From an uncultured Gemmata sp. (GTDB taxonomy: Bacteria; Planctomycetota; Planctomycetia; Gemmatales; Gemmataceae), in contig CALDUT010000013.1 of the NCBI GenBank assembly GCA_937924775.1, positions 22,073-86,072 of the forward strand: a DNA stretch of 64,000 nucleotides, read 5' to 3'. Positions 44,615 to 54,252 of this stretch are shown here, piece by piece. The position numbers and the translations under genes were made by a program. A model generated the notes under the pieces. It saw only the letters and a program-made list of their open reading frames with translations. It searched no databases and was not told the DNA's origin. Each line of letters opens with the position of its first letter. Position 1 is the stretch's first letter.

Positions 44615-45625
44615 TCAGGCGGCGACCGCCTTGGCGGCTGTTTTCACCAACTGACGGATCACATCATCGACCGTGACCCCTTCGCTTTGGGCCGCGAAGT
44701 TGAGAATGAGCCGGTGACGGAGAATCGGGCTGGCCACCGCCACCACATCATCCCCCGAAACATGATTGGATCCGCGCAACAAGGCATGGGCTTTCGCCGC
44801 CAGGATAAGGTTCATGCTCGCCCGCGGTCCAGCCCCCCACGTCAGCCATTTTTGCACAAAGTCCGCCGCCTCCGGCGTTCCCGGGCGGCTGAGCCGCGTG
44901 ATCCGCTTGGCGAAGGCAAAGACTTTATCGCTCACCGGCACCCGGCGCACGATGTGTTGCAGGCCGATGATGTCCTCCCCGCTGAGGACCGGCTCAATCT
45001 TCACCTTAGTATCCGAAGTACCGATCCGCATGATTTGCTCTTCTTCTTCATCGCTTGGGTAATCGACTTTGATGAGAAAAAGGAAGCGGTCGAGCTGGGC
45101 TTCTGGCAGCGGGTAGGTGCCTTCTTGCTCGATGGGGTTTTGCGTCGCCAGAACGAAGAAGGGGTTTTTCATAGGGTGGTCGGTACCACCGATGCTGACT
45201 TTGCGCTCTTGCATCGCTTCGAGTAGTGCGGCTTGGGTTTTCGGCGGCGTGCGGTTGATTTCATCGGCCAGCACGATATTGGCGAAAATCGGCCCAGGCA
45301 TGAACTTGAACATCCGCTCGCGGGTCACCGGATCGTCCTGGATGACTTCGGAACCGGTGATGTCGGAGGGCATCAGGTCCGGGGTGAACTGAATGCGCTT
45401 GAAGGTGAGGTCCAGCGCTTGGGCCAACGTGGAGACCATGAGCGTTTTCGCCAATCCCGGCACACCCATGAGCAGAGCATGGCTGCGGCAGAAAATCGCC
45501 ATCAGCAACTCATCGAGAACCTTCTCCTGGCCCACGATCACCTTGCCGATCTCTTTGCGCAGCTTCTGGTGCGCGGCCCGGAGTTTTTCAATCATCTCCA
45601 CGTCGTTGTCAACGATAGCGCTCAT
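44615..45625 (-). CDS. moxR: MoxR-family AAA+ ATPase
   Basis: Walker A GVPGLAKT, RIQFTPDLMPSDITG, LADEINRTPPKTQAALLEAM, ATQNPIEQEGTYPLPEAQLDRF. Confidence 0.95.
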   Translation of the reverse strand: MSAIVDNDVEMIEKLRAAHQKLRKEIGKVIVGQEKVLDELLMAIFCRSHALLMGVPGLAKTLMVSTLAQALDLTFKRIQFTPDLMPSDITGSEVIQDDPVTRERMFKFMPGPIFANIVLADEINRTPPKTQAALLEAMQERKVSIGGTDHPMKNPFFVLATQNPIEQEGTYPLPEAQLDRFLFLIKVDYPSDEEEEQIMRIGTSDTKVKIEPVLSGEDIIGLQHIVRRVPVSDKVFAFAKRITRLSRPGTPEAADFVQKWLTWGAGPRASMNLILAAKAHALLRGSNHVSGDDVVAVASPILRHRLILNFAAQSEGVTVDDVIRQLVKTAAKAVAA

Positions 45626-45848
45626 GGCGGTTGTCGGGTTGGGGGAAAAAAGGATCGGAGAGGTTACGATCCGGCAGGAACACGTCAGACTATCTAACCA
45701 TACCAGACGATCGGACGCAAAGGATTAAACGCTCACTGTTACGGAAAGTATCGCTATCGGCCCGTTCTTGGAGTCTGGCCGGCCAACGGGCGGCTGAAAA
45801 CCGCGGGCCGGTTCGCGGTGTCGCACGCCAGAGCGGCGGCGTGTCGGC

Positions 45849-46844
45849 TTACGAGCCGGGGGGCGACCGAAAGCCCTGGGGGTGCCGCCGGTGCCAATTC
45901 CACGCGGTTTCCAGAATACCGCGGAGATGGTCGTAGTGCGGCGCCCAACCCAGTTCCTGGCGGATAAGCGTGGCATCGGCCACCAGGACTGGGGGATCGC
46001 CAGGTCGGCGCGGACCTTCCTGTACCGGAATACTCCGCCCGCAAACGTCTTCGGCTGTGCGGATAACTTCCCGCACACTGTAACCTTTTCCGGTACCCAC
46101 ATTGTATGCGCGGCAGTGTCCGGGCGAAATCGTCTCCACGGCTAAAACGTGGGCGGCTGCCAAATCCTCGACGTGAACATAGTCGCGAATGCACGTTCCA
46201 TCGGGGGTGGGATAGTCGGTACCGAAAATGGTGACCGCCGGGATTTGCCCCAGGGCCGCTTGGAATACCAACGGAATCAGGTGGGTTTCCGGGCTGTGAT
46301 CCTCGCCAAGACAGCCATCCGCGGCCGCCCCGGCGGCGTTGAAGTAGCGCAGAATGCAGCTGCCCAACCGGTACGCCGCGGCATAATCGGCTAACGCCCG
46401 TTCGAAGGCCAACTTGGTGTTCCCGTAGGGATTGACCGGCCGTTGGGGTTCGGTTTCCGGAACAGGAATGGTGGTCGGGATGCCGTAGGTGGCACAACTG
46501 CTTGAGAAAACGAACCGGTCCACGCCGTTGCGGCGGCATCGCTCCAACAATTGCAGCGAATAGATCAGGTTATTCGTGTAATACTTGGCTGGCTGAGTGA
46601 CCGATTCCCCGACGTAGGCGAACGCTGCGAAGTGAATGACCGCTTCAATCCGCTTCTGGATGAGGAGGGCATCGACAAAGTCGGTGTCGCGCAGGTCGCC
46701 GACAACCAGCCGCTCGGCCGGTACGGCCTGCCGGTGGCCGGTGTGCAGATTATCAAGAATCGTCACATCGTGGCCGGCAGCGAGCAAGCGCCGCACGGTA
46801 TGCGAGCCGATGTACCCGGCTCCGCCGGTTACGAGAATTCGCAT
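45849..46844 (-). CDS. galE: UDP-glucose 4-epimerase
   Basis: GGAGYIGSH, HFAAFAYVGESV, SSSCATYG, YGNTK, LRYFNAAG, GTCIRDYVHV. Confidence 0.9.
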   Translation of the reverse strand: MRILVTGGAGYIGSHTVRRLLAAGHDVTILDNLHTGHRQAVPAERLVVGDLRDTDFVDALLIQKRIEAVIHFAAFAYVGESVTQPAKYYTNNLIYSLQLLERCRRNGVDRFVFSSSCATYGIPTTIPVPETEPQRPVNPYGNTKLAFERALADYAAAYRLGSCILRYFNAAGAAADGCLGEDHSPETHLIPLVFQAALGQIPAVTIFGTDYPTPDGTCIRDYVHVEDLAAAHVLAVETISPGHCRAYNVGTGKGYSVREVIRTAEDVCGRSIPVQEGPRRPGDPPVLVADATLIRQELGWAPHYDHLRGILETAWNWHRRHPQGFRSPPGS

Positions 46845-46912
46845 CGTTCGCCTCAATCATGTCAATCCTGCTGTCGCCGCCGGCATGCCGGCCGGAGGTT
46901 CGTTCGTGCGGG

Positions 46913-47854
46913 TTAACTGGTAATTCCCTTGGTCAGGGTGAGGAAGATGTCTTCGATGTCAATCTTTTCTTCTTCAAAACTTTGGAGTTTGAAGTGTTGC
47001 TGAATGAGCCGTTCGGGAATGAAGCTGCCGTCGTCGTAGCTGCGATGGAGGGCGACCCGGACGGCGTGGATCTTGGGTGCGACCGCGGCCGAGGCGACTT
47101 CCGGGTAGCTCGCCAGTAGCTGCGCCGCTTCTGGATTGCGTTCCCCCACCGAGACGAGAAACACCCGCCCGCCACGGAGCTTGCGGACTTCACTTTCGGC
47201 TTCCTCCACGGTTCCGTTGAAGAGCAGTTTCCCGCGTTCGATGATCCCAAGTTTGTTACAGATGTCGGCCAGTTCGGGAAGGATGTGTGACGACAGCATG
47301 ATGGTTTTATTTTCGCGACGCAGCCGCTTGATCAGTTCGCGCATCTCGATGCGCGCGCGGGGGTCGAGGCCGCTGGCCGGTTCATCCAACAGCAGCACTT
47401 GCGGATCATGGAGCAACACCCGGGCCAGGCCGAGCCGCTGGGTCATCCCGCGGCTGAGGCTGGTGACCAGGGCATCGCGTTTGTAGCCCAGATCGACATA
47501 ATCGAGAACCTGCGCCACCTTCTTTTTGCGGGCTTCGCCCTGAATCCGATAGGCCGCGGCAAAAAATTCCAGGTATTCGCCGACTTTCATATCGTCGTAG
47601 ACGCCGAAAAAGTCGGGCATGTAGCCGATGGCGCGGCGAATTTCCTTGGCCCCGGTGTAAATCGAATAGCCGCAGACGGTGGCTTCGCCCCAACTGGGGT
47701 TCAGCAGGGTCGCGAGCATGCGCATGGTGGTGGTTTTGCCGGAGCCGTTGGGGCCGATGAAGCCGTACACGTCGCCCGGTTCGAGTTTGAGCGACAGCCG
47801 ATCGACCGCGAACAGTTCGCCGTATTTTTTGGTTAAATCGCGACACTCTATCAT
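46913..47854 (-). CDS. ABC transporter ATP-binding protein (ABC-2/DrrA-like)
   Basis: Start moved to ATG 47854. GPNGSGKTT, LSRGMTQR, LLLDEP, SSHIL. Confidence 0.9.
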   Translation of the reverse strand: MIECRDLTKKYGELFAVDRLSLKLEPGDVYGFIGPNGSGKTTTMRMLATLLNPSWGEATVCGYSIYTGAKEIRRAIGYMPDFFGVYDDMKVGEYLEFFAAAYRIQGEARKKKVAQVLDYVDLGYKRDALVTSLSRGMTQRLGLARVLLHDPQVLLLDEPASGLDPRARIEMRELIKRLRRENKTIMLSSHILPELADICNKLGIIERGKLLFNGTVEEAESEVRKLRGGRVFLVSVGERNPEAAQLLASYPEVASAAVAPKIHAVRVALHRSYDDGSFIPERLIQQHFKLQSFEEEKIDIEDIFLTLTKGITS

Positions 47855-47976
47855 AAAGGCTTCACCGGCAAAGACCGCCGCGAGGGCGGGGGCAGGGGAC
47901 ATTCGCCGAGGGGAAAAACCCTCGAACACATCGGGGCATTCTGTCAATCGTTTATCCGTGCGAATTTTGCGACCCG

Positions 47977-50388
47977 TTACCGCACCGGCAGGTATAGCCG
48001 CACCCAGGTTTCTTGCCGGCCGGTGCCGGAAATGGCCGTTCGCTCGCCATTGGCGGGCAGTCCTTTGAGCCATAGTTTGGACGGCGAGGAAGTTCCGCCG
48101 AGGACCTCTTCGGCGGCTCCCCGCAGCGGTGGAACCCGCCCCACCACGATCACTTCCTCGCGGTTATCCGGCACCAACCGCCACGATTGATCCAGCCGGC
48201 GGAGCGACGCATTGCGGGCATAAACGCCTTCTTCGTTCCTGAGCGTGCCCTCGTGGAAGAGTATGCTCCAGAGAGGTAAAGGCCCCGCGACAGACGCCAG
48301 CTGCTGCCGCTGCGCCAACCGTTGGCCGGGCCGTTGGGCATACGATTGCACGCGATTGAGTAACCCATCGAGTTGGCCGTGCGTTTGCAGCCACTGAATC
48401 GCCGGCGTGCCCTGATCGAGAACCAGCCGGACTGGTTGTCCGCGGACAATCACCCCCCCTGGTAACGGGTAGGCCATACCGCCGTAGAATGCCACACCAT
48501 CCACCAGAGCTGGTACCGGCAGATCGTGGCGGAACGTTCCCACGACCTTGGAACGATCGGCCGGTGGGTGCGTCAGGTCCACGGACACCGGTGACCCCGC
48601 GTCGGCGCTGGCGCATTCGCTCGCCCAATTCGCCGCAAATGCTTTCGTGGACCACACTTGGATCGGTACCTCAATCAATCCATCGGCGACGGTGTCGCCC
48701 GCGGTGTGAATCGCGTACTTGCGGCGGACGATACCTGAACGCCCGCCCCGGGGCGCACCGATGGCATACAGCGTGCTGGGGAGCGTGTTCTGGCCCCAGC
48801 CGTCGTTGGGGGTCAGCCCGAGGGTGTAAGTGTCGATCTTGGGGCTGAAGATGGTGAACCAGGTTGTACCGTACAGCCGATTCGACGCCGGATCGACTTC
48901 GACCACATCGATTTTATTGATACGCAATTCGTGCCCTTTGATAGCATCGGCGGTGAGATACGCCAGCACGCTGACCGTCAGCACAATCAACGGGAAGGTG
49001 ATCCACGTCAGTTCCAGGCGGCCCAGGACCCGTTTGAGGAAGAAGTATTCCACCGGACCAATCAGCAACAGATACAAGCCAATGAACACCGCGATCCAGC
49101 CAAACGACACGACGGCAACGCCGTCGAACGCGTCGTTGGCCAGCCGGATAGCGACTGTGGCTTCATCTTCCTCCTCGGTTAATACTCCCGGCGGGCGGGG
49201 TTTGCCGTCGCCGCCCAGCGAGGCCCGAAACGCTCCGCCTTCCCGCAGAACCCAATCCCAGAATTCGGCCCGTTGCGGGCTATCGGCGAACGGGGCACGA
49301 TCGAGATCGAAGCCGATCACCGTGACGCGGCCCAATCCCCACGCCTTCTGAGCGGCGATCACCGGCCGGTCTTTCGATTGCCGCGCCGGCGGCGGAATCA
49401 CCACCCGGGCGGGTTTCTCACCCGGTACAAGGTTGGCCATTTTGAAGGGGGGACCGCCTTTCACACCCAGCGCCCCGCTTTTGATGTCGGCCTGCGTACT
49501 GCCCGCGGCGGACCAATCCAGCCCGACCGCCTCGGTGCGGCGGGCCGGTTCGGCGGGGTTGATCGCGTAGGGCAGCAGGGGGTGAAGGTGGGGCCACCGG
49601 GCGACCTGGTGGGCGTTTTCGCCCACGGAAATCACGATTCGCCCGCCGCGGCGAATCGTCTCCAGGAGGGCTTCGCGTCGCCGCTGGGCGGCCGGAGCCT
49701 TCGATTCCCAAAGGTTCGTCAGGAACGCTTCGGTCGCCATCCCGGTGGTGAGCAGAATCAGATCGGCTGATTCGTAGCCGATCCAGTGATCGGGAAGGTC
49801 GTGGAAGTCGGCGATGTGGGCAATCTCCACACGCCCAGAGCGGAGCGGCCCAACTTCGGTTCCGCCCAGGAGTGGTCGTGGCAATTCGAAACCCGCAGGC
49901 GCGCCGCCCAACGCCAGCACGACATACTGCAACGGTTCCCGGGGCCGCAAACGCAGCCGCTGTGGCACTGACAGTGGTTCGCCGCTGCGGCTCCGCACCA
50001 TCACGGTGATTTCGCTGGCACTGCCGGCCGGGCGGACATAACCCATAACCCCTCGTTCCTGCAGCGCTATGCGACAGCCCGGGGCGATTCCGCTCAGGTC
50101 GAGGGCCAGCGTCAGCGTAGTGTTAACTTCGTCGGGGTCAGGGGCTTCGATCACCAGTTCCGCTGGTTCGCTGATGGCCGTGAGTATTTCGAGCGATACA
50201 TACACCGGTGCCCATGCTCCGAATTTCGCCACGCCGGAGTCGGTACGATCGACCGGGCGGCCGCTGGTCGGCAGCCCCACCGAAACCCCCGTGATTTTCA
50301 CCGCATCCGCGGCCAGGCTGGACGCAGCGACAAGCAGAAGCGCGAACACGGCCACAAGGAATTCACGACGGAAGGCCGCTAGTGACAT
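47977..50388 (-). CDS. Large membrane protein with exported Ig-like and GATase-like domains, next to the ABC ATPase
   Basis: Start moved to ATG 50388 (signal peptide). YESADLILL...RRGGRIVISVG; TM pair YLLLIGPVEYFFLK...TWITFPLIV. Confidence 0.65.
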   Translation of the reverse strand: MSLAAFRREFLVAVFALLLVAASSLAADAVKITGVSVGLPTSGRPVDRTDSGVAKFGAWAPVYVSLEILTAISEPAELVIEAPDPDEVNTTLTLALDLSGIAPGCRIALQERGVMGYVRPAGSASEITVMVRSRSGEPLSVPQRLRLRPREPLQYVVLALGGAPAGFELPRPLLGGTEVGPLRSGRVEIAHIADFHDLPDHWIGYESADLILLTTGMATEAFLTNLWESKAPAAQRRREALLETIRRGGRIVISVGENAHQVARWPHLHPLLPYAINPAEPARRTEAVGLDWSAAGSTQADIKSGALGVKGGPPFKMANLVPGEKPARVVIPPPARQSKDRPVIAAQKAWGLGRVTVIGFDLDRAPFADSPQRAEFWDWVLREGGAFRASLGGDGKPRPPGVLTEEEDEATVAIRLANDAFDGVAVVSFGWIAVFIGLYLLLIGPVEYFFLKRVLGRLELTWITFPLIVLTVSVLAYLTADAIKGHELRINKIDVVEVDPASNRLYGTTWFTIFSPKIDTYTLGLTPNDGWGQNTLPSTLYAIGAPRGGRSGIVRRKYAIHTAGDTVADGLIEVPIQVWSTKAFAANWASECASADAGSPVSVDLTHPPADRSKVVGTFRHDLPVPALVDGVAFYGGMAYPLPGGVIVRGQPVRLVLDQGTPAIQWLQTHGQLDGLLNRVQSYAQRPGQRLAQRQQLASVAGPLPLWSILFHEGTLRNEEGVYARNASLRRLDQSWRLVPDNREEVIVVGRVPPLRGAAEEVLGGTSSPSKLWLKGLPANGERTAISGTGRQETWVRLYLPVR

Positions 50389-50440
50389 GCCGATGGCCAG
50401 TACCGGGTTAAGTCGAAGGTTCAAGGGTTTGTTGTAGTCT

Positions 50441-50770
50441 TCAGGGCTTGGCGGTCCCGCAGGCGCAGGGGGTGGACCGGCACTTCGGACAGCCGGAACC
50501 GTATTTGGCATGGATCGCGGCGTCGAGATCGACTTCCGCGATGTTCGCCAGCGTTGCGAGCCAGGCCAAAACGTCGGCGAATTCCCCGGCGAGGTTGTCG
50601 CGGGGGCAATCCGGATCCCGCAGAGCCGCGGCCAATTCGCCGACTTCCTCCATGAACCACATGAACGTGCCGTCCACACCCCGCCGGCGGTCTTTACTGC
50701 CAAACAGGGTACGAATCCGTTCTTGCAATTCACGGAGTGTGAAGGCCGGCAATGGCTCACCCACGCTCAT
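50441..50770 (-). CDS. mazG: MazG-like nucleotide pyrophosphohydrolase
   Basis: Start ATG 50770. WFMEEVGELAAA...EFADVLAWLATLAN; C-terminal CPKC..PC.C. Confidence 0.85.
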   Translation of the reverse strand: MSVGEPLPAFTLRELQERIRTLFGSKDRRRGVDGTFMWFMEEVGELAAALRDPDCPRDNLAGEFADVLAWLATLANIAEVDLDAAIHAKYGSGCPKCRSTPCACGTAKP

Positions 50771-50902
50771 GCCGACGATTGTACAGCCCAGCGGGGTTGG
50801 CGGCAGCGGGTCAAATCCTGACGATACGCGGACAGGTGGTGCCCGGTTCGTTAGCACCACCGCCCGCAACTTATGGCCCGTGTGGGGAAAACCGACGAAC
50901 GG

Positions 50903-51937
50903 TCACCACTTGGTGAATTCTGCGTAGGTCTGGGCGACTTGGCCGGCTTGGAGGTCACCATCGTGCGCGTAGACCGCGTATTTCAGCCTCATCTGCCCGC
51001 CTTTTTCGATCGTCAGCAAGTCGGTTTTGCCTTTTTGCGAGGGGAAGCCGCTGCGTTCCCGGCCAAAGGGATTGGCTGCCACCAGCCCGTAGGCCCGCGC
51101 GTGCCACGACGGTTGCGGGTTACTCGGGTGGTTGAACACCGCGATGCCGATCGTGTGGCCGTCGGCGTGGCCGGAGCTGTGAACCCAATCGGCCGGCAGG
51201 CCCCAAATCTCTTTTTCCCCCACTTTTCCGGCAGAATTGCTCAGCACGCCGTCGCCGCCGAGAACGTCTTTGCGTTTCTCCATCCGCAACTCGTCGCGGA
51301 CACGCACCCCGAACGAGCCTTCTTTGGTGTCGCCAAAGCGGATCGGGCACACCGTGGCCTTCAGGGTGATCTCGAAGACGAAAAGCCGGCCTTCGGCTTT
51401 ATCAAGAAAATGCAGCACACGGATTTCGTCCAAAATCTTTTGGCCATCAGGAGCGATCCATTCGTTGTGGGTCTCGATGCTGGCGTGATTCTTGGCATGT
51501 TGTTTCGGTTCACCGACTTTCACACACTTGATTGTGCCATGCCGGGGGCCATTGGCATCTTTCGCTTCGCTCCAAAAATCGACACCCTGATCGCCTTTGT
51601 TCGCGGATTTGATCTTCAGTTCGAGGCCTAGGGGAATGACATCACCATGGCAGAACCACACTGATTTTTGGTGAACGTGGTCCTTGGTTCCCATCGGCGG
51701 GGCGGCTTCCATCGGCCACGGCCGCGTGACAGGAATGCCCCGTGGCGTCAGAACGGGGTACAAGTATGGCTTAGCCACCGCCGGACCGATGACGTACCGA
51801 GCCGCCACCGTGGAGCCGGCTTTGAATTCGATCGCTTCTTGGCCCGGAATAATACTGACCTCGTCGGCCTTGGCCCCTGCGGGGAACGCCACGACGGCAA
51901 CCAGCGCAAAAACCGCCACAGAGCGTGAAATACGCAT
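50903..51937 (-). CDS. Exported DUF6807/PmoA-family beta-sandwich protein
   Basis: Start ATG 51937 (signal peptide). KPYLYP, DHVHQKSVWFCHG, GDTKEGSFGVRV, WHARAYGLVAANPF. Confidence 0.8.
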   Translation of the reverse strand: MRISRSVAVFALVAVVAFPAGAKADEVSIIPGQEAIEFKAGSTVAARYVIGPAVAKPYLYPVLTPRGIPVTRPWPMEAAPPMGTKDHVHQKSVWFCHGDVIPLGLELKIKSANKGDQGVDFWSEAKDANGPRHGTIKCVKVGEPKQHAKNHASIETHNEWIAPDGQKILDEIRVLHFLDKAEGRLFVFEITLKATVCPIRFGDTKEGSFGVRVRDELRMEKRKDVLGGDGVLSNSAGKVGEKEIWGLPADWVHSSGHADGHTIGIAVFNHPSNPQPSWHARAYGLVAANPFGRERSGFPSQKGKTDLLTIEKGGQMRLKYAVYAHDGDLQAGQVAQTYAEFTKW

Positions 51938-52088
51938 GGGAGGAACTCCAAGGGGGAGGAAGCGGCCATTAGTGTCGGTGATGCGGGCAGGGCCGTCAAG
52001 CACCGGTTTTTCGGAGGGGCACGTTCATCCCCCACGGGGATGCAAATCCCAGATAGGAAACGGCCATTCCATCGCTACAATAATTATT

Positions 52089-53285
52089 ATGAGCAATAAA
52101 AAGAAAAAAATCCGGGTGGAATTACGAAAAAATCGCGCCAAGCCGCCGCGGGAAAAAGACTTCACCCGGGTCTACCAGGACCGTGAAGATCAAGCCGAAG
52201 ACATTCAGACCACTGAGCGAGTGCGCGCCAAAGGGGAACTGTCGCGTCACCGCACAGTGGTGGTCGACGTGGAGACCACGGGGGAAACCCCTCTGGTGCT
52301 GCCCGCGGTCAACCCGGAGGAATGCGTTCGCGGGCGGGTGCTGCGCGTTCACGGCCTCATCTCAATTGTGGAAGCCGACGATGGCCGGGTTTTCCGCTGT
52401 GCGGTGCGTCGCCTGCTCAAAAGCCTGGCCACCGATGAACGGAATGTGGTGGCTACGGGTGACATTGTGTGGGTTCGCCCGGCCACACCCGCAGCCCCGG
52501 CAGCCGGTGGGACGGTTTCCAGCTCCGGCGGCGATTCAGCTTTCGCCGACACCCTCGAAGGGATGATTGAGCGGGTCGAGCCGCGGCACGGGGTTCTCAC
52601 CCGGGCCAGCCGACGCCGCGAGCATGTCTTGGTCGCGAATGTTGACCAACTGATTATTGTAATGTCGTTGGTTCAACCCGACCTGAAGCCGCACCTCATC
52701 GACCGCTACCTCGCCGCGGCCCAACAGGGCGGGTTGAAGCCGGTTTTGTGCCTGAATAAATCCGACTTGGCCGATCCCGTCGAACTCCAGCCGCTGATAG
52801 GCCTCTATGCCCAGTTGGGCGTTCCGGTGGTGCTGTGCAGTGCCCGCACGGGGTTTGGCATCGACCGGCTCCGCGAACAGCTTCGGGGGCGGGCCTCGGT
52901 CTTCAGCGGGCAATCGGGGGTGGGGAAATCGTCGCTGCTGAACGCGATCCAGCCAGGGTTGGGATTGGCGGTGCAATCGGTCAGTGCAATCAACCAGAAA
53001 GGCCGCCACACCACGACATTCGCGTCCCTGATCAAGCTGAATTTTGGAGGCTGGGTCGTCGATACGCCGGGAGTACGACAGTTGGCCTTGTGGGATACCC
53101 GACCCGAGGAAGTGGAGGGCTATTTCCGCGAATTCCGGCCGTTTGTGCCGCTGTGTACGTTTCCCGACTGCACGCACACCCACGAGAAAGGCTGTGCGAT
53201 CAAGGACGCCGTGGCCCGCCGGCTGATCACCACGCACCGCTACCACAGCTACCTCGGTCTGTTCCACGGTACCGCGGAGTTGTGA
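52089..53285 (+). CDS. rsgA: Ribosome small subunit-dependent GTPase A
   Basis: Start ATG 52089. ANVDQ, LNKSD, GQSGVGKSSLLN, GRHTTT, DTPGVR, C-terminal CTFPDCTHTHEKGC Zn finger. Confidence 0.95.
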   Translation: MSNKKKKIRVELRKNRAKPPREKDFTRVYQDREDQAEDIQTTERVRAKGELSRHRTVVVDVETTGETPLVLPAVNPEECVRGRVLRVHGLISIVEADDGRVFRCAVRRLLKSLATDERNVVATGDIVWVRPATPAAPAAGGTVSSSGGDSAFADTLEGMIERVEPRHGVLTRASRRREHVLVANVDQLIIVMSLVQPDLKPHLIDRYLAAAQQGGLKPVLCLNKSDLADPVELQPLIGLYAQLGVPVVLCSARTGFGIDRLREQLRGRASVFSGQSGVGKSSLLNAIQPGLGLAVQSVSAINQKGRHTTTFASLIKLNFGGWVVDTPGVRQLALWDTRPEEVEGYFREFRPFVPLCTFPDCTHTHEKGCAIKDAVARRLITTHRYHSYLGLFHGTAEL

Positions 53286-53718
53286 GAGAATTCTCCCTTG
53301 CGTAGCGGGTTTCCGACCGGCCTATTGACTCATAACATCTGTGACAACAAGTACTTATCACACAGACAGTTTGCGATGGGCGTTCCTCGTCGTCGGCCTT
53401 CAGCCATAGCCCTCAGCCATATTCTTACAGGTGAGTGCCGGCAGCCGCTTCCGCATCACTGCCGTTTCGTAACATATGTGACGGATTGAACTTGTAACAT
53501 TTCTGGTCTTTTCCCGCACAGGATGCAGGCGGGTATCTCAGGGCCGGCCCATGGGCATTGGGCGAATTGGGAAAGATGGTGATTTTGGATGAAGTACGTG
53601 GTTTTCGAAAACCGAGAGAAATGAACAAGCTGGGGGGAACCAGCGAAACTGAGATAACACTACCGGGCGGATTCCCGGCCGAGACATGGAGAGCCCGGTT
53701 CTTCAGGAGATTGCTGCT

Positions 53719-54126
53719 ATGCCGCGGGCGTATCGAGTTATTGGGTTCTTATTGGTCATCGTGTTGGGAGCTTATGGTTGCACGAAAGCGCCGGTCAGCT
53801 CCTTCTCCGCTTATGCGGCGAAAATCCAAAAGCTGGAAGCCGACTATCAGGCGGCCATCGCGGCCCGGGATGAAGTCCGCACCCAATTGGCGGCGGCGCA
53901 TCACCAACAAGCCCAGTTACAGCGGGAATTGAACCAACTGAAGGTCCAACGCGACTCGCTGCAAACGCAACTGACCGCGCGAACCACCGAACGCGACGCG
54001 TTGCAGCTTCAATACGAGAAATTCCGCACCACGCTCAAGGAGTTGCTGGGGCACGCGGAGCAAGCTGTCAGCGAACTCCATCTACCACCGCTTGCGCCGC
54101 CGGCTGATCAGCAAGCCCACAAATGA
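53719..54126 (+). CDS. Putative coiled-coil lipoprotein
   Basis: Signal ending LGAYGC (lipobox-like), followed by a long heptad pattern. Confidence 0.55.
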   Translation: MPRAYRVIGFLLVIVLGAYGCTKAPVSSFSAYAAKIQKLEADYQAAIAARDEVRTQLAAAHHQQAQLQRELNQLKVQRDSLQTQLTARTTERDALQLQYEKFRTTLKELLGHAEQAVSELHLPPLAPPADQQAHK

Positions 54127-54252
54127 AGGGAATGAATTCCGGGAAGGGAAGGAGGGCCACTTGGCCAGCGACGGGGGAGATTCTGCCTCCGTCGCTTTGT
54201 CGTCTCATCGTTTCAACTGTGGCCTCGCACGATGTGAGAGGGCGACGGGCCT

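Noticed and set aside
50903-51937. Particulate methane monooxygenase subunit
   Set aside because: The PmoA family label for DUF6807 is a naming artefact; this is a soluble exported protein with no pmoCAB context.
51684-52088. 135-aa N-terminal extension of RsgA, and similar ORF-track extensions on pqaA, the ABC genes, fumC and the 927-aa ORF
   Set aside because: The extensions overlap neighbouring genes or promoter regions and lack family similarity; downstream starts fit better.
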